A DNA stretch of 64,000 nucleotides. Origin: Tubulanus polymorphus. Its lineage: Eukaryota; Animalia; Nemertea. The stretch is from NCBI RefSeq assembly GCF_964204645.1, contig NC_134033.1, forward strand, positions 8,998,655 through 9,062,654, read 5' to 3'. The translations under genes were made by a program, and so were the position numbers. This document shows, piece after piece, positions 26,701 through 41,700 of this stretch. Numbering within the stretch: position 1 is the first letter of the stretch; every line of letters starts with the position of its first letter. The notes under the pieces were generated by a model. It saw only the letters and a list, made by a program, of their open reading frames with translations. It was not told the origin of the DNA and ran no database searches.

Positions 26701-29700
26701 TTAGCCCACTTCAGGCTTTAGTCCCAGTAGTACTCATTGAGATTATCAAACCAGGACCTTTTGTCCTCTAGTTTGATCCATCAATTATAATACAATTGGT
26801 GGTCAACTTTCTCTCATAAGTCATCATTCATTATTGTGGAAAAAGGATTTTTAGAAAGTATCAATAGGTTTTAACTATAGTCTTGATCATAGTTTGTAGC
26901 ATTATAATACAATTCATCTTCTCACGTGGAATTGGAGTTACCTAGTTATTCGTTCGCTCCCAAGAGGGGTAGCCAAATATTTGACTGTGTACAATTTTTC
27001 CTGTTATCTGATACATGTACATATTTTCTAACCACAATCAATTACAAATTTGTACCTCATGACATGCTCTATGATTGTGATAAGGTTCAAGACGATTGAA
27101 ACCTTTTAAAGGCACATGTAGAAGAGGATTCCAGGCTATCTGAAATTCTTTTCTGGGAAAAGTTCTTGTGCGATTACTGAAAGAATCAGTCAAAAACTTG
27201 AGCATGAGATGTCGATCCTACCTCCTTTGTCTTCTTGTCGATCCATTTAAATTGAAATATTTAAGTATCTGTGATTTTTTTGCAGACCGCGTTGGTAGTG
27301 AATTTTGGAACCAACAGGAATGTATTGGTGATGATTTGACTGGGATACAGTGAGTGATACTTTGGAAATCAATCTATGATAATTTTGTATCTAAATAATT
27401 TTCAGTAATTTCTTCAATCAAACTGAGTCTAGACCTTAGAACTGGATCTAATATCTTGAATATTAGAGAAAACTCAATTAGCTATAATTTTCATGGCAAT
27501 TCAATATAGCTTTCTCTTTCTGACAGTATGACTTTGAGGCAGACAGACAAAGGTTACCCACCCCCTATTGAACATGTTGGAGTACCAATAACTGTGAAGG
27601 AAGAAAAAGGTTTGTTTTCTTGTAGTAAACTACAGTTAATCCCATATTGTATTCAGTAACCAGTTCTGGGTTGAGTTTTGATTTTAAATGAATGAACTAA
27701 TTCTAACACCAGTCAAACTTGACATGTTCACTGCCACTATATCTGGTTCCACAGTAGCCTCCTGGATCCTGCTGGTTCCACAGTAGCCTCCCGGGACCCG
27801 CAAGTTCCACAGAAGTAACATAACTCAATGCGTCGGGCGTTCGTCGGAGATCGTTGCATTTTCGTTTTTGATGAAATGAAATAGAAACGCGAATCAAACT
27901 AGTTACTACCGCGGTTCAAATTCAACGCGTCTGGCGCACGCACATCGAATGCACATACGTATTAACAGTAGCTCCCTTCTTTTCAAGTGCAACTTCTTGT
28001 GTTTGGATGACTACATGGTAAAATACATGCAGTAACATTATAAATGCCTAATAGGAGCGTTTGAAGTTTCGTCGCACCCACCCATAAGTGTTCAGCGAAA
28101 CGTGTAATCCTGAAATGGATATTCGTCCCTAAAGGTGTTAGGTTTCTTCTAGGCTGTACCATAGCTGATAATCTTAAAAAAAGACTTTAGGCTTGATTTC
28201 TAAATATTTTAACTGACAGAATTGCTGAAAACTCAGGGAGTAAAAAGAGTGTGTTTGTGTACTTTATTTTTTAAAAGAGTCAAATGGAACACTCATTCAA
28301 CCTAAAATTATATTACAAGTATTGTTCATGAAAGATGTATATAAAGCTGATGCTAAAGGATTAAAGAAAGATGTATTTGAGATGTTTGACATAGATAAAA
28401 CAGAGTTGTATAAACAAAGCTGTTGTGTAAACAGAGCTGGTAGGTATTGGCGTTGATGGGCATCAGTAAATAGCAGAATCGTGAGTTGCGTGATTTGATC
28501 AGTAAATACCAGAATCGCAAGTTGCATGATTTGGTTCGGTATACGTCAAGATACCTTAAGCACATAGGTGAAACATATCTAGAAACATGGGTTTACATCT
28601 TTAATAACTCAAATTCAGACAAATGGCAGCATGTGCTTACTTTGATAGAACTGATATTCTCATAACCTGTCTTACATGCAAAGATGGAAGTTTAGTAAAT
28701 CAAAATGGGTAAAGTCGGTCAAAAGACGCTGCCTAAGTGAAGCCCACACTACATATTTTGACCATGACGGAAGAAGGATGTGAATGTAACCTTAGTTATC
28801 TGGATTCTGGTCCTGTTGTCTTATAATGGAAAGGTAGAAATATAAGGAGACCTAAAAACTGATAAGTTACTTTGAATGTCGAATAATCAACTGTGTCGAG
28901 ATGAATATCACCCGATCCCGGGTGAAGTATGGTGTCCCTGGACCTCTAAGGTAATTACGAAGAAATTATAATGAACTATGGTGTTTAAATATTTCAGGTA
29001 TTGATTGGGAAAGTCGTTGTTCAACGCCAATAAATCATCCGTGGAATAAATCACGTTCATGGAGTAAATCAGTCTATCGTGATGTTCGCCTCGATCAATT
29101 AAAACCTATCATCAATGAGATGGATCCTCATAAACCGGTGATGAAAAGGCTAGAAATCGTCGGAAATCAGAATACGTCTGAGTCTTCGTCGATATGGCAT
29201 CAATCAACGAGCAGACAAACTGCAGATGTGCCGGAGGTCAATAATATTTGGTAATGAATTAATAATTTATCACTATTTATTATTATGATAATTTTATTTT
29301 TGTAAAAGTTGGTTCTGGATACAATTTCAAGAAAATGTCTTCAATTTAGAAGTTTGAAATGCACTTTATTAAAATTTTTAACCATGTCAACAGTCTGGCC
29401 AATCGATAATCATTCGTATGCTTAATACACTACACTCAAAGCTATTTTTAGCACTCTCAAACGCAATTTCAGTAGCCTGCAATTTCACTACTAATGGGCA
29501 AATTGAATGGATTAAGCTAAAATATATTTTGTAATTATTTTTTCTTTGTGGTGCACAAAGTTGAAAGCCGTGGGTTTCATAGTTTTTGAGAAATTTACCA
29601 AAAAGTTTCAAAAATTCGATTTATTTGAGCATATTTTTTATGCAGCATCTTTATCTGTCCAAAATAACACATGTGAAAATTCAATGCTATTTGCGACGGA

Positions 29701-32700
29701 AGAACTTTATCTCGCCAAGATCCGACGCTTTGTTCGGCAGTTATGGGCTTTCAAAGACGGAACCCCCCAAAATCTCGGTTATGTATAATTTTTGTTGTTC
29801 CATAATGACGTCATAACATTGAACGAGGTGGATCAGATATCACAAACAAAATGGCAGCACAAATAGGTTGAATAGGTTGATATTCATCATTTCTAGCGCG
29901 AATACTGATATTCTAGGCGTATGATATAACGATGTATTGTGCGCGATGTGTTCAATGGTTCATCTAGTTTTGATATCCCATGCGTAAGGTAACGTTGCAT
30001 CAAGATATCTGACGAAAATGTGGTTTCAAAATGACGAAATTTACTTCTTTGTTCACCACATGGCTGATTTACTGATAGCAGCGAATTTTTAGAGATGAGT
30101 CTGATATTTACACTACTGGAATACTTGTTTTATCACCATTTATTGAAGTTATTTCATTAACGTTCGCATTAGCGATTCGTTTTTGAGCCTGATTATTAGT
30201 ATTAGTTTGTTAACGGCGGCACAGCGATGAGCGTTCGCGTTGAAAACAGTCATGGACAGTGGCGTAGGCAATGTCGCCTTATACTCTCATGTTCACTGCG
30301 TGTTTGTTTCAGTTATAGAGTACGCGCGCCACGGTGTAGGTCGCGCATAACAACGATTTGTCTGAGTGAAGATGTAAGCTAGCAATCGTATCGTGAAATT
30401 ATTAAAAATCATGTCAGTTTATAAACTTTGTTTTGTCAGTAACCGGCACTGGCCTCAAATTTGAAGAACTTCGGAGCTTCTGTTCTGATTGGTCCGTATG
30501 ATAATGAAAAACCTCTGATGAAACCCAGGCTCTCACCAAGTTTGTACTGTATCTTATCGGGTCACTCATAGTTTTAGTTGTTTTAATTTAATCATTCAAG
30601 GGATGTATTTAGATTATGAACATTTGTTCAGACAAAAGGCCCATATCAATTTTTAGAAGATTTCATTCTCGTTAAAATTCAGTTATCATTAGAAGTTCAC
30701 ACTGACCGAAATTTTGTCCTTTTTTATATATTTTTTTTCTTGTTTAATTTTCAATGAAATGAATTTTTGCATACCAGTAGCACTTCGCACCTATTGTCGA
30801 GCCACTGGACCATTGGTCTTTTATAAAAATTTAAAATGAGACTTATTACCCAGGAATTGAAACAAAAGACAACATATTCAATTCTTGTTCTAAGTTCATT
30901 CAGAATATTTCTGATTCAATCAACCCCTGCCATTCTATTTTACTTGGCGTATGCATGCCCCTTATCCCTCTTTAGCGCTCTACACACTTCAAATTGCATG
31001 CAATTTCTTTTAAACTTGGTATGTGTAATGGGGTAGGTCCATGGATGAAATCTATCAAAAATCAGCTTTCACATCTTCCAATATGGCCATCATGACGCAC
31101 ATCTTGAATTTCTTGTTCTATACACGTCAAATAACACATCAAATTCTGCACAATTTCTTGTAAAAGTTTGGTTTGGCCCAAAGACTATCATTATGAAAAA
31201 TAGCATTTCTTGCTCCTTTATATAACTGCCATAGCAGCCATCTTGATTTTCCAGATATGGAACTTTGCGATATTGCAATTGGAAAAATTCTATGAGACTT
31301 TGTTGGTATATTGTACCTTTCTTATTTTCAGTAGGTATGAAAAAATTTACTTTTAAACATACCACGGTGATATACGTGGCGTTGCGACAATTGTTAACTG
31401 CTACAATTTGATGTATTGATTCTTTATTAAGTCACTTGTGGGAAAGTCAACAGTCACCAGAACAGGCCAAGTTTCTCCCTCTTCCAATATTGCTACAGCG
31501 GACATCTTGAATTTCTTGTTAGCACTCTACACACATCAAATAACCTGTAATTTCTTTAAACTTGGTATGTGTAATGGGGTTGGTCCATGGATGATACCTA
31601 TCGAAAATCAGCTTTCTCACTCTTCCAATATGGCTGCTAAGGCGGACATCTTGAATTTCTCGTAAGTGCTCTTCACACATCAAATAACGTGCAATTTCTT
31701 TTAAACTTGGTATGTGGTATGGGGTAGGCCCATGGATGGACAAATTAACTCCCTTGCAAATTTCCCATATTTTGTACGGGCCTGGGAAATATAAATATAG
31801 GTTCATTCTGGCGCATTCAATATAAAGTGCACGTAAAAATCTGTTCACCAAAAATAGGGCTGGATCTGAATCTTAATTTATATCGATATTGAATTAAATT
31901 GAAACTTGATTTATGTTTAATTTGCTTCCAGGTTGAATATATCTGTAATTAACCAGATATCTGTAATTTGATTTTTGTAGTGATCCATTAAGCGACCACC
32001 CAGATGTACATCCCTTCCCTTTCATTGGGCCGTCTTTGCTGTTCGATAATCAGGAAGCGCAGTGGATCGGTGACGGATTCTCTAATAAAGATCAACTCGG
32101 CATCGAGGCTCGGGTTATGTTTGAAGCTTACTCCGGTGAGCGAGCTCACTCATATCTAGACATCGTTAACAATGGAACGACTACCATCTACTATGATTGG
32201 AAGGTAATCTTATACATATACATAATTTACAAAATATTTGAAGTGAATTTATCAACCCGCCTATTCTCGACTATGGCCGAACAAGATAAGGTGTCTTCTG
32301 AATTTACAAAAGTCAATATCCTTTATATCATCCATAAACCATCCGGTATTAGGCCTACGTGAGAGATAGCTGTATGCTGTACAGTACGTATTATAACACT
32401 CCCTACTGCTAGACTAGAATCTTCCCTAGCAATCAGGGTGATTATTTGGTATTAGAAAAAATATATCAATTCATTCAAGTTTCATAAAAATCTGAGATCA
32501 AGTCGGGATCTAAAGCAAGTTCATACAGAGTCATACTCTATGAGAGACGATAACACCTCAATCCAGTATCCTAGAAAAACAAATAGTGGTCTTTTAGAAT
32601 CTAATTTAAGTCCCATTCATCATAGTAAAATTAATGATGGCTATAGATTTAGAACCACAGCTGGTACATTTTAATCTGATGGAAAAGTCTTTGTCTCTTT

Positions 32701-35700
32701 AAATAATGAATAAAAAAATCAATGTTAAAATTAAATTACATAAAACATTGATTCAGAAAATTATCAGTGAAATTTATTCCAACAAGTTAAACTGATGTTT
32801 CAAAGATTCTGAAGTATCTGGAGATCACCGATGCAATAGCTTCTCTCAGAAGGTGACACATGGAACTTAAAGCATTCTGCTATATTTCATTTGTTGAATG
32901 TTTATTTCAGAGTATAGAAAAAACAAATCCATTCGACATTGTGAATGCAAAAGTTCAAAGATTTTATTTTGATACTAGTCCCGGTAAGTTATGCGGTAGT
33001 ATGGTTTTCTTTTATAATCTAAAGGCAAGCTTATGTTTGGCTGCGACACCATGGATAATGACATAGCTGAGAAGAAACACACCGTAGCCCAGCTTACGTT
33101 GGCTGCGCTTGATTTCCAACAAGTGAACGCAAGTAAAGCTGAATATGATCTGCCATTGCTTCTCCACTTGGCATCCATGATCACTGTTCATGATCACTTG
33201 TATTTGAATTGAATGTACCGGTTGTGTGTTCAATGAAAATTGGCTTAGGTTGGGAAGAAATAACGGCATATCGCATGCCACTAGTTTTCTTTGTCAGTTG
33301 CTGATAATCCCAATTGTGTCAGTATCGAATGGGTTGCAACCCGACATGCGTTGACCTGAAATCCTTTTCCAGCAAAAGGCAAGTAATATTGGCAAAAAAT
33401 GTGTTGTGTCCAAAAAAAATTTTGGGGGGAAAATTTTGAATCACCCATTTTCAATTTCAGGTGTCATTCTGCCTGGAGATTCGTTAAAGTTTCCATTTAT
33501 TTTTAAATCTCCGAATGCTGGTGTGTTCACTGAGCAGTGGCAGTTTCAAACGAAGCCAGTTGTTTGCGGTGGAGCCTCACTAATCGTAACACTACGTGGC
33601 ATTGCTTTGCAAGAGGATAAATACAAAGAAAAACGTATTGAATTAGAGGTTAGAGACTTTTTTGTATGCTTTACACAGTAGAGATTTAAGATATTGCAGC
33701 ACGTCTAGGTTCCAGTCTCTAAAAATCATTTGACTCTGAAATTGAATTAATTTCTCGTCAAATATATTTTACTGTTGGACCTTCATGGAAATGAGCTCAT
33801 GGCAACGTTCAATAATTTGATAGTGTATAGAATGTAATTCTTTCATACATTGTATTTGACATAGACATTATTAAATTGAGATTACCGCAGCTTAGCCTAG
33901 CCTTATCTTAACCCTTTCAATGCAACTTTTAACTAGAGTTGAATCTACTCTGTTCTATGAGCGGGATTCAACCCAAATCAAAATAGAGATATCTCTAGTT
34001 TCGGTGACAGCTACCCCTTTTGAAGCACATTATATCAAAAGTTGTGTTTCCTCCGAAAAAATATACTTCACAGATTTCTGTTTAGAAAAAACTTGAATCT
34101 GTAAACTGTCTTAGTCTTAAGTATGATGAAAACTACATTGTGTGCTGAAATTGCTAATTTAAAAGTCATATTTCTCACGAATGACTGAACTAAAATTCAA
34201 ACCAGAAGCATATTTGATATTTATGAATACATCACATTTGAAAATGACTTTTACACAATACTCTATTTTGATAGCATTTGCTCTTTAAAGGTGGGAACAT
34301 GATGTGTCAATTATGTTGAATTACTGCAAAAACAGCCAGCCACTTAATTTACAGTAAAATGTGGCAGCACTGAAATGGTTAAGTCTAATGTTAAATCAAT
34401 ACTTGCGTGTATTGTCTGTTCAATTGTTTGAATCTTAGTTAAAGTTTTATCTTTTCAGGTAAAATCTAAATCTATTATTTGATAAGCGTAGAAAAACTAG
34501 GTATTTTAAGACTATACATGTATGAGTGCCGTGAATTAATGTTTGATGTTTTTATGAATTTCAGACAGAACTTGCTGGTAAACAAGCCACACAGGTTGTT
34601 AGTCATATTCTCGATGAATTACTTGATGGAATTAAAACTCCAGAGCGATCTCGATCTCCAGTCGATGCTTACATAACTGATGCTGAAATATTTGAAAGAC
34701 AAAATCCAGGCGTAAGTGAATAGTTATACTAGTTATACTTAGTTATACTAGTTGCTGTATCGTAGCTTCTTAATCCTCCCTCATCCGTAAGAGTGTTTCA
34801 TATTTATTTGAGGTCATTATACACTAGGCCTACCAATAATCTATTTAGAACAAGTTTGTTACTTTGTTTCTTTCATCACCTCACTGTGGCAATCTAATAC
34901 GGCAGCGCTGCCGAACATTTGTATATATGCGTGTCAGCAGTCAGCCCCATGTGTGCAAATGTAGGTTACAATAAATAGCTCTGTGTGTTAGAAATCATCT
35001 GAGGGAGTCTATAGCAGTGACTCAGTGTGCACAGCACTCTCAGACATCGGCAGGCACGAATTGTCAGCCTCATACATTGTCAATTAAGACAAACTAATTG
35101 ACGAATCAGTGAATTAAAATCTGATGAAGGGCCTTGGCTTATTGGGCGAAGCATAAAAAAATCCATGTATTTTAGGCTAAAGAAAACTCCCCTCGGCTTA
35201 TTGGCAGAGTCGGCTTAATTGCGAGAAAATATGGTATGTTAAAACATACAGTATTAACATTTTTAGGCCAGCCGTAGGCTGAGCCTATTACTATACAAAT
35301 GGAGCGAATTTAAATGACATGGTTTCCACACAAAAGGCTCTTTTGCTTGCCAAGTGAGGGCATATTCGAACAAATCACGTATTTAAGCGTAATCCATTCT
35401 CGGAATCGTAGCGAGCAGAATTTTGAAATAGGCTTTCATAAAAATGTTTTCTGCATTTTTCACGAAAATAAAATCGGGAAAATTTCAATTTTTATCAGCC
35501 AATCAGGAAGTTGTGTCTTCCCTGTGATTGGTTTATCTAAAAATATCAGCAGCTGTTCACGTGAATTATCGTGATTTCATTACTGGCGCTTTTGCGCATG
35601 ACGTCATGTATCAACACGCGACAATACTTCCGCGTTCGCTACGTGTTCGCTGATTGGCCCATTTACTGGGAAATTCCACAGAAGCCTAATGTGGTTTGTT

Positions 35701-38700
35701 ACAAGCGCTGTGATTGGCCCGACCCGATTCTGGCACGGCTTTAGCTTAGTGGGTTCGAATCCCTTGACGGGAGAAGACGATGGATCCTATCGATGCTATC
35801 AACAAATAAGTTTCCCGGTTGGGCAGCTGCGGATATCTACCGAAAGTGTTGCGGTTCGATATTTCGAGGTTTCTTTGAATTTTGGAGTCATATTTAAATC
35901 CGGTAAACACCGGCGGTAGATTGTGAAAACCCATTGCTTGATATTTGTACTACTTAATCAACGAAAAGCGTCGGGGCCGTGCCAGGAGTTTTCGCGATTC
36001 AAGTAGCTCAATAGCCTACTTCTTCGTGTTCGTCCACCTCCGCAATTTTCACTCCGCCGATCTCTGACACGGCTCTGTCAAGGTTCGCGCTGTGATTGCA
36101 CTATTCGTACCACCAAAATTTTTTATTTCTTTATCAGGGAGGTCTGGAGAATAAAAAAGTCAAAATTTGGATATCACATAGGCCTGATTTCATCGAATAA
36201 GTCGACCATGGTCGTTACGTTTCCGTACTTATTACCACCTAAAACCGTCTGAACAATTTTGTCACAACCAACATTTCGTTTACAGAAATCAGGTGTTCAC
36301 GTGAACCCGCGGTATCGTCTATTGTTTTACTTCCGGGTTTTATTTTAAGATTTAAAATCGTATTTCAAGATCGATTTCTATGAAATCTTTAGTTGATTTG
36401 GTGTTTGGGAGGAATTTTTATTTGCTCTACAGAAAATTCATCCTTGACAATTGCGCAAGGTTCGCAAAAAATTTCTTTTCCCAAATCGAGTGTATGAACT
36501 TGATATGCTAATTAGCCATGTGCTCGAATTGCAAATTCAATCAAATTTTATTCTGCCAAAAAAAATGTTAAATCCAATTCGCTTTCCGAGAGTTAATGGT
36601 ATGCTGCATGGAACAAAGTTGTTTTGAGATGGGTCTTGAAGCTATTGAGTCGAGAGATAACCATCTAGATAGTTCGTGAGAGTTCCAAAGTTTTGAAGAC
36701 GCTTCAAGGTAATGTCTTGATATTTGGTTTATACGTGTATCTACCCTAGACACATCTTCAGGCCAAAAACTGGCCCTGTCAGATTCAAGATGGCCGACTG
36801 GAAGCCATTGTTGTTCGCCAAAATCAGCACTTTTTACACATTTTAGAAGTTTTCGAGGGAAATTTTGAAGACACTTTTATCAATAACCTTGATCATTCGT
36901 ATATATTTGTATCCCCCAAGGGCCCATCCGCATGAGAAAAATTGGGTCGATCGGACTCAAGATGGCCGTCCTGTGACCTTTTTTGTTCCCAAAAATGTTA
37001 ATTTTGGCCTGAATTCTGAGTCCTGTAGCTTTCTAATGGTGTGCCATTTTTCATTGCAATTTGTAATGGGTATTCTTTGGAAAAGGATCTTTTATATCCG
37101 AGAGGGTATTTTTGACCAGGCAATTATGACGCAATTGGCGGCCATCTTGGGGTCATCAGTACTCATTCATAGGTGGAAAAAAAGTTTTGCCACATCATTT
37201 TGATACTTAAGCATATTTTGCTACCATAATTAATTGGAAAGTTGTAGCTCATGACATGTTCTATGATTGAGGTGAGTTTCAAGCTCATTGGTTTTTGTTT
37301 ATGGCCACCAGGGGGCGTTGAACAATACAATAACTTAGTATTTCTATATTACATTCGTACCTATGCATATTTTGCTACCACAATCAATTGGAAAGTTGTA
37401 GCTCATGACATGGTCTATGATCTTGGTGAGTTTCAAGCTCATTGGTTTTTGTATATGGCCACCAGGGGCGTTGAACAATACAATAACTTAGTATTTCTAT
37501 ATTACATTCGCTCCTGCTGTCTGTGTTAACACACGATTGTACTATGTTAATGACATTGAGCAGGGAGTGTATATTGATAAATATAACCCACAGATTACAT
37601 CATTTATAAAAAGCAAATCTGACAGGCTGGCCATTGTGCCCCTTGGGGCTCTTGTTGCCAATATTTTTCTTGATTCATATATATTTGAAAAGGTCTTTAC
37701 CGGTATTCCTAGATTTTAAACCAGGAAATAATTTAAATTGAATTTGACGGGGCCTATTCACATTGAATGGCAATGCATACAGCTCTACACTCATCCAAGT
37801 AGAGTTTGGAGATATCAGTTAATGCACGTGCAGCAAAATATGTAGGCCTACATACTAAATTTAAATCTATAAGCTACAATTACACAAGCATTGTGGCCCG
37901 ACCAAAAACGTGGGCCCAAGCCAGGGCTTTCAAAATGATTTGAAATACCAGCCGCAGACAAAGAAATAGCTGTTGCAAAATTTTCACACAGTGCTTGCTT
38001 CATTGGAAAAATTTAGATATCGTGAGGTTACAAAAGCCTATTTATTCAAAATTTCTTGCACATGCTTAAATCTGATTCTTTATACAAAAAAAGCACAACA
38101 GTACAGGTAATAAGTTTAAAACCCGGTATTGTCATATCCCGGAATCGCAGAATCCAAAAACACAGAATTTCTTCATTTTCACTATACATAGTAGGCTAAC
38201 CGGGTTTTTCCACGGGGATACCGCTTGTCGGATAAGGCACCGGTAGCTCTAGATGTGATAATTTATTACAATCATCACTCAACAAATTAATGATACTTCC
38301 CAACGAGAAAGTGGAAACCTAAGTCGGCGGTATATCTTTCAACATTGACTGCTGACCCCACAGTATCTGCGCATGATACCACTAATAAGCCTTTAATCAA
38401 TTTAATGCTGCGTTATAAAATCGATATAAAAACGATGGTTGATTTAGATTGCAGTGTTTCATCTGGTCGTATTAAGACCAAACTGAGGTATGTGTTCAAA
38501 ACGATCATGAGAAATAACTCAAATAATCGGATGAAAATAAATAGACATTACGCATTCTGGCTTTGGATTTTTTCATGCGTGGCGTGCTTCTAAATTGTGA
38601 TTTATGCGAGTGTGGGGTATCACGGAAAGGCTGAATGATACGAAAATTATAAAATGGTTTCAACTCCGTTATTTGTGAAGAGAAAAAACCTGGTTACTAT

Positions 38701-41700
38701 TTATAGTGAAAGTGAAAAAATTCCATGTTTTTTAAAATTCTGCGATTCCGTCATTCCGCGATATTCCGCGTCATTCCACCGTTTAACCCTTAACCTGCCG
38801 GCAGCTTTTTTCTTTAAGGTCAATTTTTATCATTCTTGAGATTGATGAAGATCGGAAAATGATAGGGGTGCTAGCTTCTTGGGGAAAAGTTTAGAGTTTA
38901 GATCGTAGCACACTTAAAGAACAGATTGTAAAAGCATCTGATAAAACTGGTGCCACGATCTCTTTGACAACATCGATGTGAAACATTGCTGTTGTCTAGA
39001 CCCACTGTCCGCACGCGTTCAACATATTAATAATATATATATACATGTAATAGCGCTGCGTGGGAAATCTATATCTAGAATCTGCGGTCGCGCTTCAGTT
39101 CATTCAACAAAGCAGAGCCTACGTGCAAAATAAAATTAGTCATTGTTTTAATTCAGGCACTGTGTGCTTGTCTTGAGTGACAGATAGGAAATTACAGATC
39201 GGGGCTCCTCTTGGGACTCTCAACTATTTATTGACAAGTGCATTTAAGTATGAACATGTTCTATTGATTTGGATATTGTCTGAGCCATCCTTTTCATTGA
39301 CTCAAGATGTAAACAACGAACGATGAACTACGTGGCAGCAAAGGTCTTATTTTGTCATTAGTCAAGGCTGTAAAATGGGCCTCAAATTCCAAAATTACTA
39401 CTGCAGGTAGCAGTAGTTACCCTTATAATATATAATATTTATAATATTTCCGTGTTTTTCAAATGCCTCTGTTTTCATCCCTGAAGTACATTACTGAACA
39501 GGGATTCAACAAGTTCAGAGGGATTGTTATATTTCTGTCAGCATTTGCAATGTTTATTTTATTGCAATTTTTTAAAGACATTAGTAGCCAAATTTGATGA
39601 ATGGATTTTATGGATGAAAAAATTGGAAAATGAATAATAAAAATAGCTGCAAAGCATCAATAACAGGTTTAGCAGTGGAAAAGTTCCACAGAAAGCCCTT
39701 GACAAGAACACCAAAATTTGTACCGAAATTAACATTATCAGATATCAGATGAATCTACAAATTTAAGAAATCAAAATAGATAAGAGCCGTTTATAAAGAG
39801 AAACAGCATTTATATTTGGCGCAAAACGTAAAATGGTCAATGCAATTCAGTTTTCTTGCTAAAGGATTTATGCCTACATCATCAAACATAAATATTGCAT
39901 CACAGGGCAGCACAAGTTTTCTGGAGGTAGCACAGGTCGCGTTGGCCTATTGATAATTTTCCAGCATGAAAAATTCATGTTCCTATCCATTCCTGCTTTT
40001 ATCAATTCCCCTATATAGGAGTTGATCCAGGAACGGAATGGAAAAAGAATTTTCAAAATATAAACGGTGAATGCAAATCAGTTTTCATGCTAAAGGATGA
40101 ACGCCTACACCATCTAGAATAAATATCTTATCTCGGGGTGGCACAAGTTTGTTCTGTAGGTTTAAACTGTGACTTCGAAAAAATGAACATACCAGCCAAG
40201 GCGGTAATTACACCACTTGGAATGTCTGATATGACTTGAAAAGATAATATTTCTCATAATTTTCTGCACATGTCGCTTGTAAATGATTTTGCCAACAAGA
40301 ACAATTTCTGTTCCTTTCCATTTTGGCTTTTATCAATTCCCTACATAGGAGTTGATGAAACTAGGAATGGAATGGCTCTGAAGAACTTTGTTGAGGATTT
40401 GAACCAAAGATTGAGAAAATGAAATGGGCGCAACTTTTGGTGATCTGAATATTTTCAGAGCAATCCTCTTTTTGACCTAACAGAGACTTGGATAAACAAC
40501 ATATCGCAAAATAACTTAGTTCGTACTTTATGGCATGAGGATATGAGCATATTTGAAGCATGGCAGCACAATCTAGTTGGTGTCAATATATGTGGCGGCA
40601 CTGGCTAGGGCTTCTCAGACTTGAGCTATGTAGTGCGATCACTTACCTCCAGGCCTAAATGTAAATGTGTAATACAAATCTTTTTCATTATGGTTGACTC
40701 AGATTAGTAAGTAGTCTCCATTTCCTCCACACGAATTCGATTGCCTCAGGTCATGATATGCCCCAGACTCTGTTTACATGGCGGAGATGATTGCCTCGGA
40801 TATTCATGTGCCCCCAACTTGGTTTACCATGGACTGCGTCGATTGCCTCAGATTATCGTGAACTTGCCCTGACAATACTTCAAATTGTATCCAATCCATT
40901 TTGATCAAAACCCATCCCTGCTCTGACTGCATCGGAGCTCTCATAGGGTTCACATAAGGGTATCTGCAAATTAGCGGAAAACCCTAATATAATTCAAGTG
41001 AATAACAATCATTTTAAGTTGTTTTTAATTAAGTTGTTTTCACAATTCAGAATTATTGAGGAGTATTAAATGATGCAGCATGATATTTGTTTAACCTGGT
41101 TATTTCATCGCAACCATCTACATGTATTTCTAAATTCATGTACTAATGTTTTATTATTTGTTTGATTTCCTCAGAGATATTTCTCCCATGAAACAATCGA
41201 ATCACTGCATGTGTTGTATCATGAACTCATCCCAGAAGAGGAACACGAATCCCAACAATGGAATTTAGATTTGAATACTTTAGAAGATGTAAGTCATACG
41301 TACATGTATGTTCATTATCAGTTTCTAAATTTCATAAATTTTTACCAAGACCTTTTTGAAGGTGTTATTCTAAACTGCCTGATGAATCATGACAGGGTCT
41401 GTTATAAGATTGATAGTATTGTGAGTATGCCACTGCAAAAACCTTGTAAATTTGTACTTACATTGGATACTCATCCCTGCCTTTGTAGACCTAATATATG
41501 CATGCAATCATGTACGGATTACTTGAATAAATAATGGATTAATTGCTCTTTTTGTCAATCATTGTATTATTGAGGAGCCTCAATTACACCTGTAGTGTTT
41601 TTGATATTTCAGATGATCGTGGATTTGGATGAAGAAGATGAGAGAAAAGAGGATTTATTACAAAGGCTAAACATGTCCATACTGACTGTTTCATTCCCTC

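Noticed and set aside
31932-31944. Micro-exon after ttccag (gttgaatatatct|gtaatt)
   Set aside because: 13 nt breaks the phase and leaves a downstream intron of only about 36 nt
35121-35155. Hammerhead motif (ctgatgaagggcc...)
   Set aside because: No proper stem II or GAAA; the sequence belongs to a mariner-type MITE end
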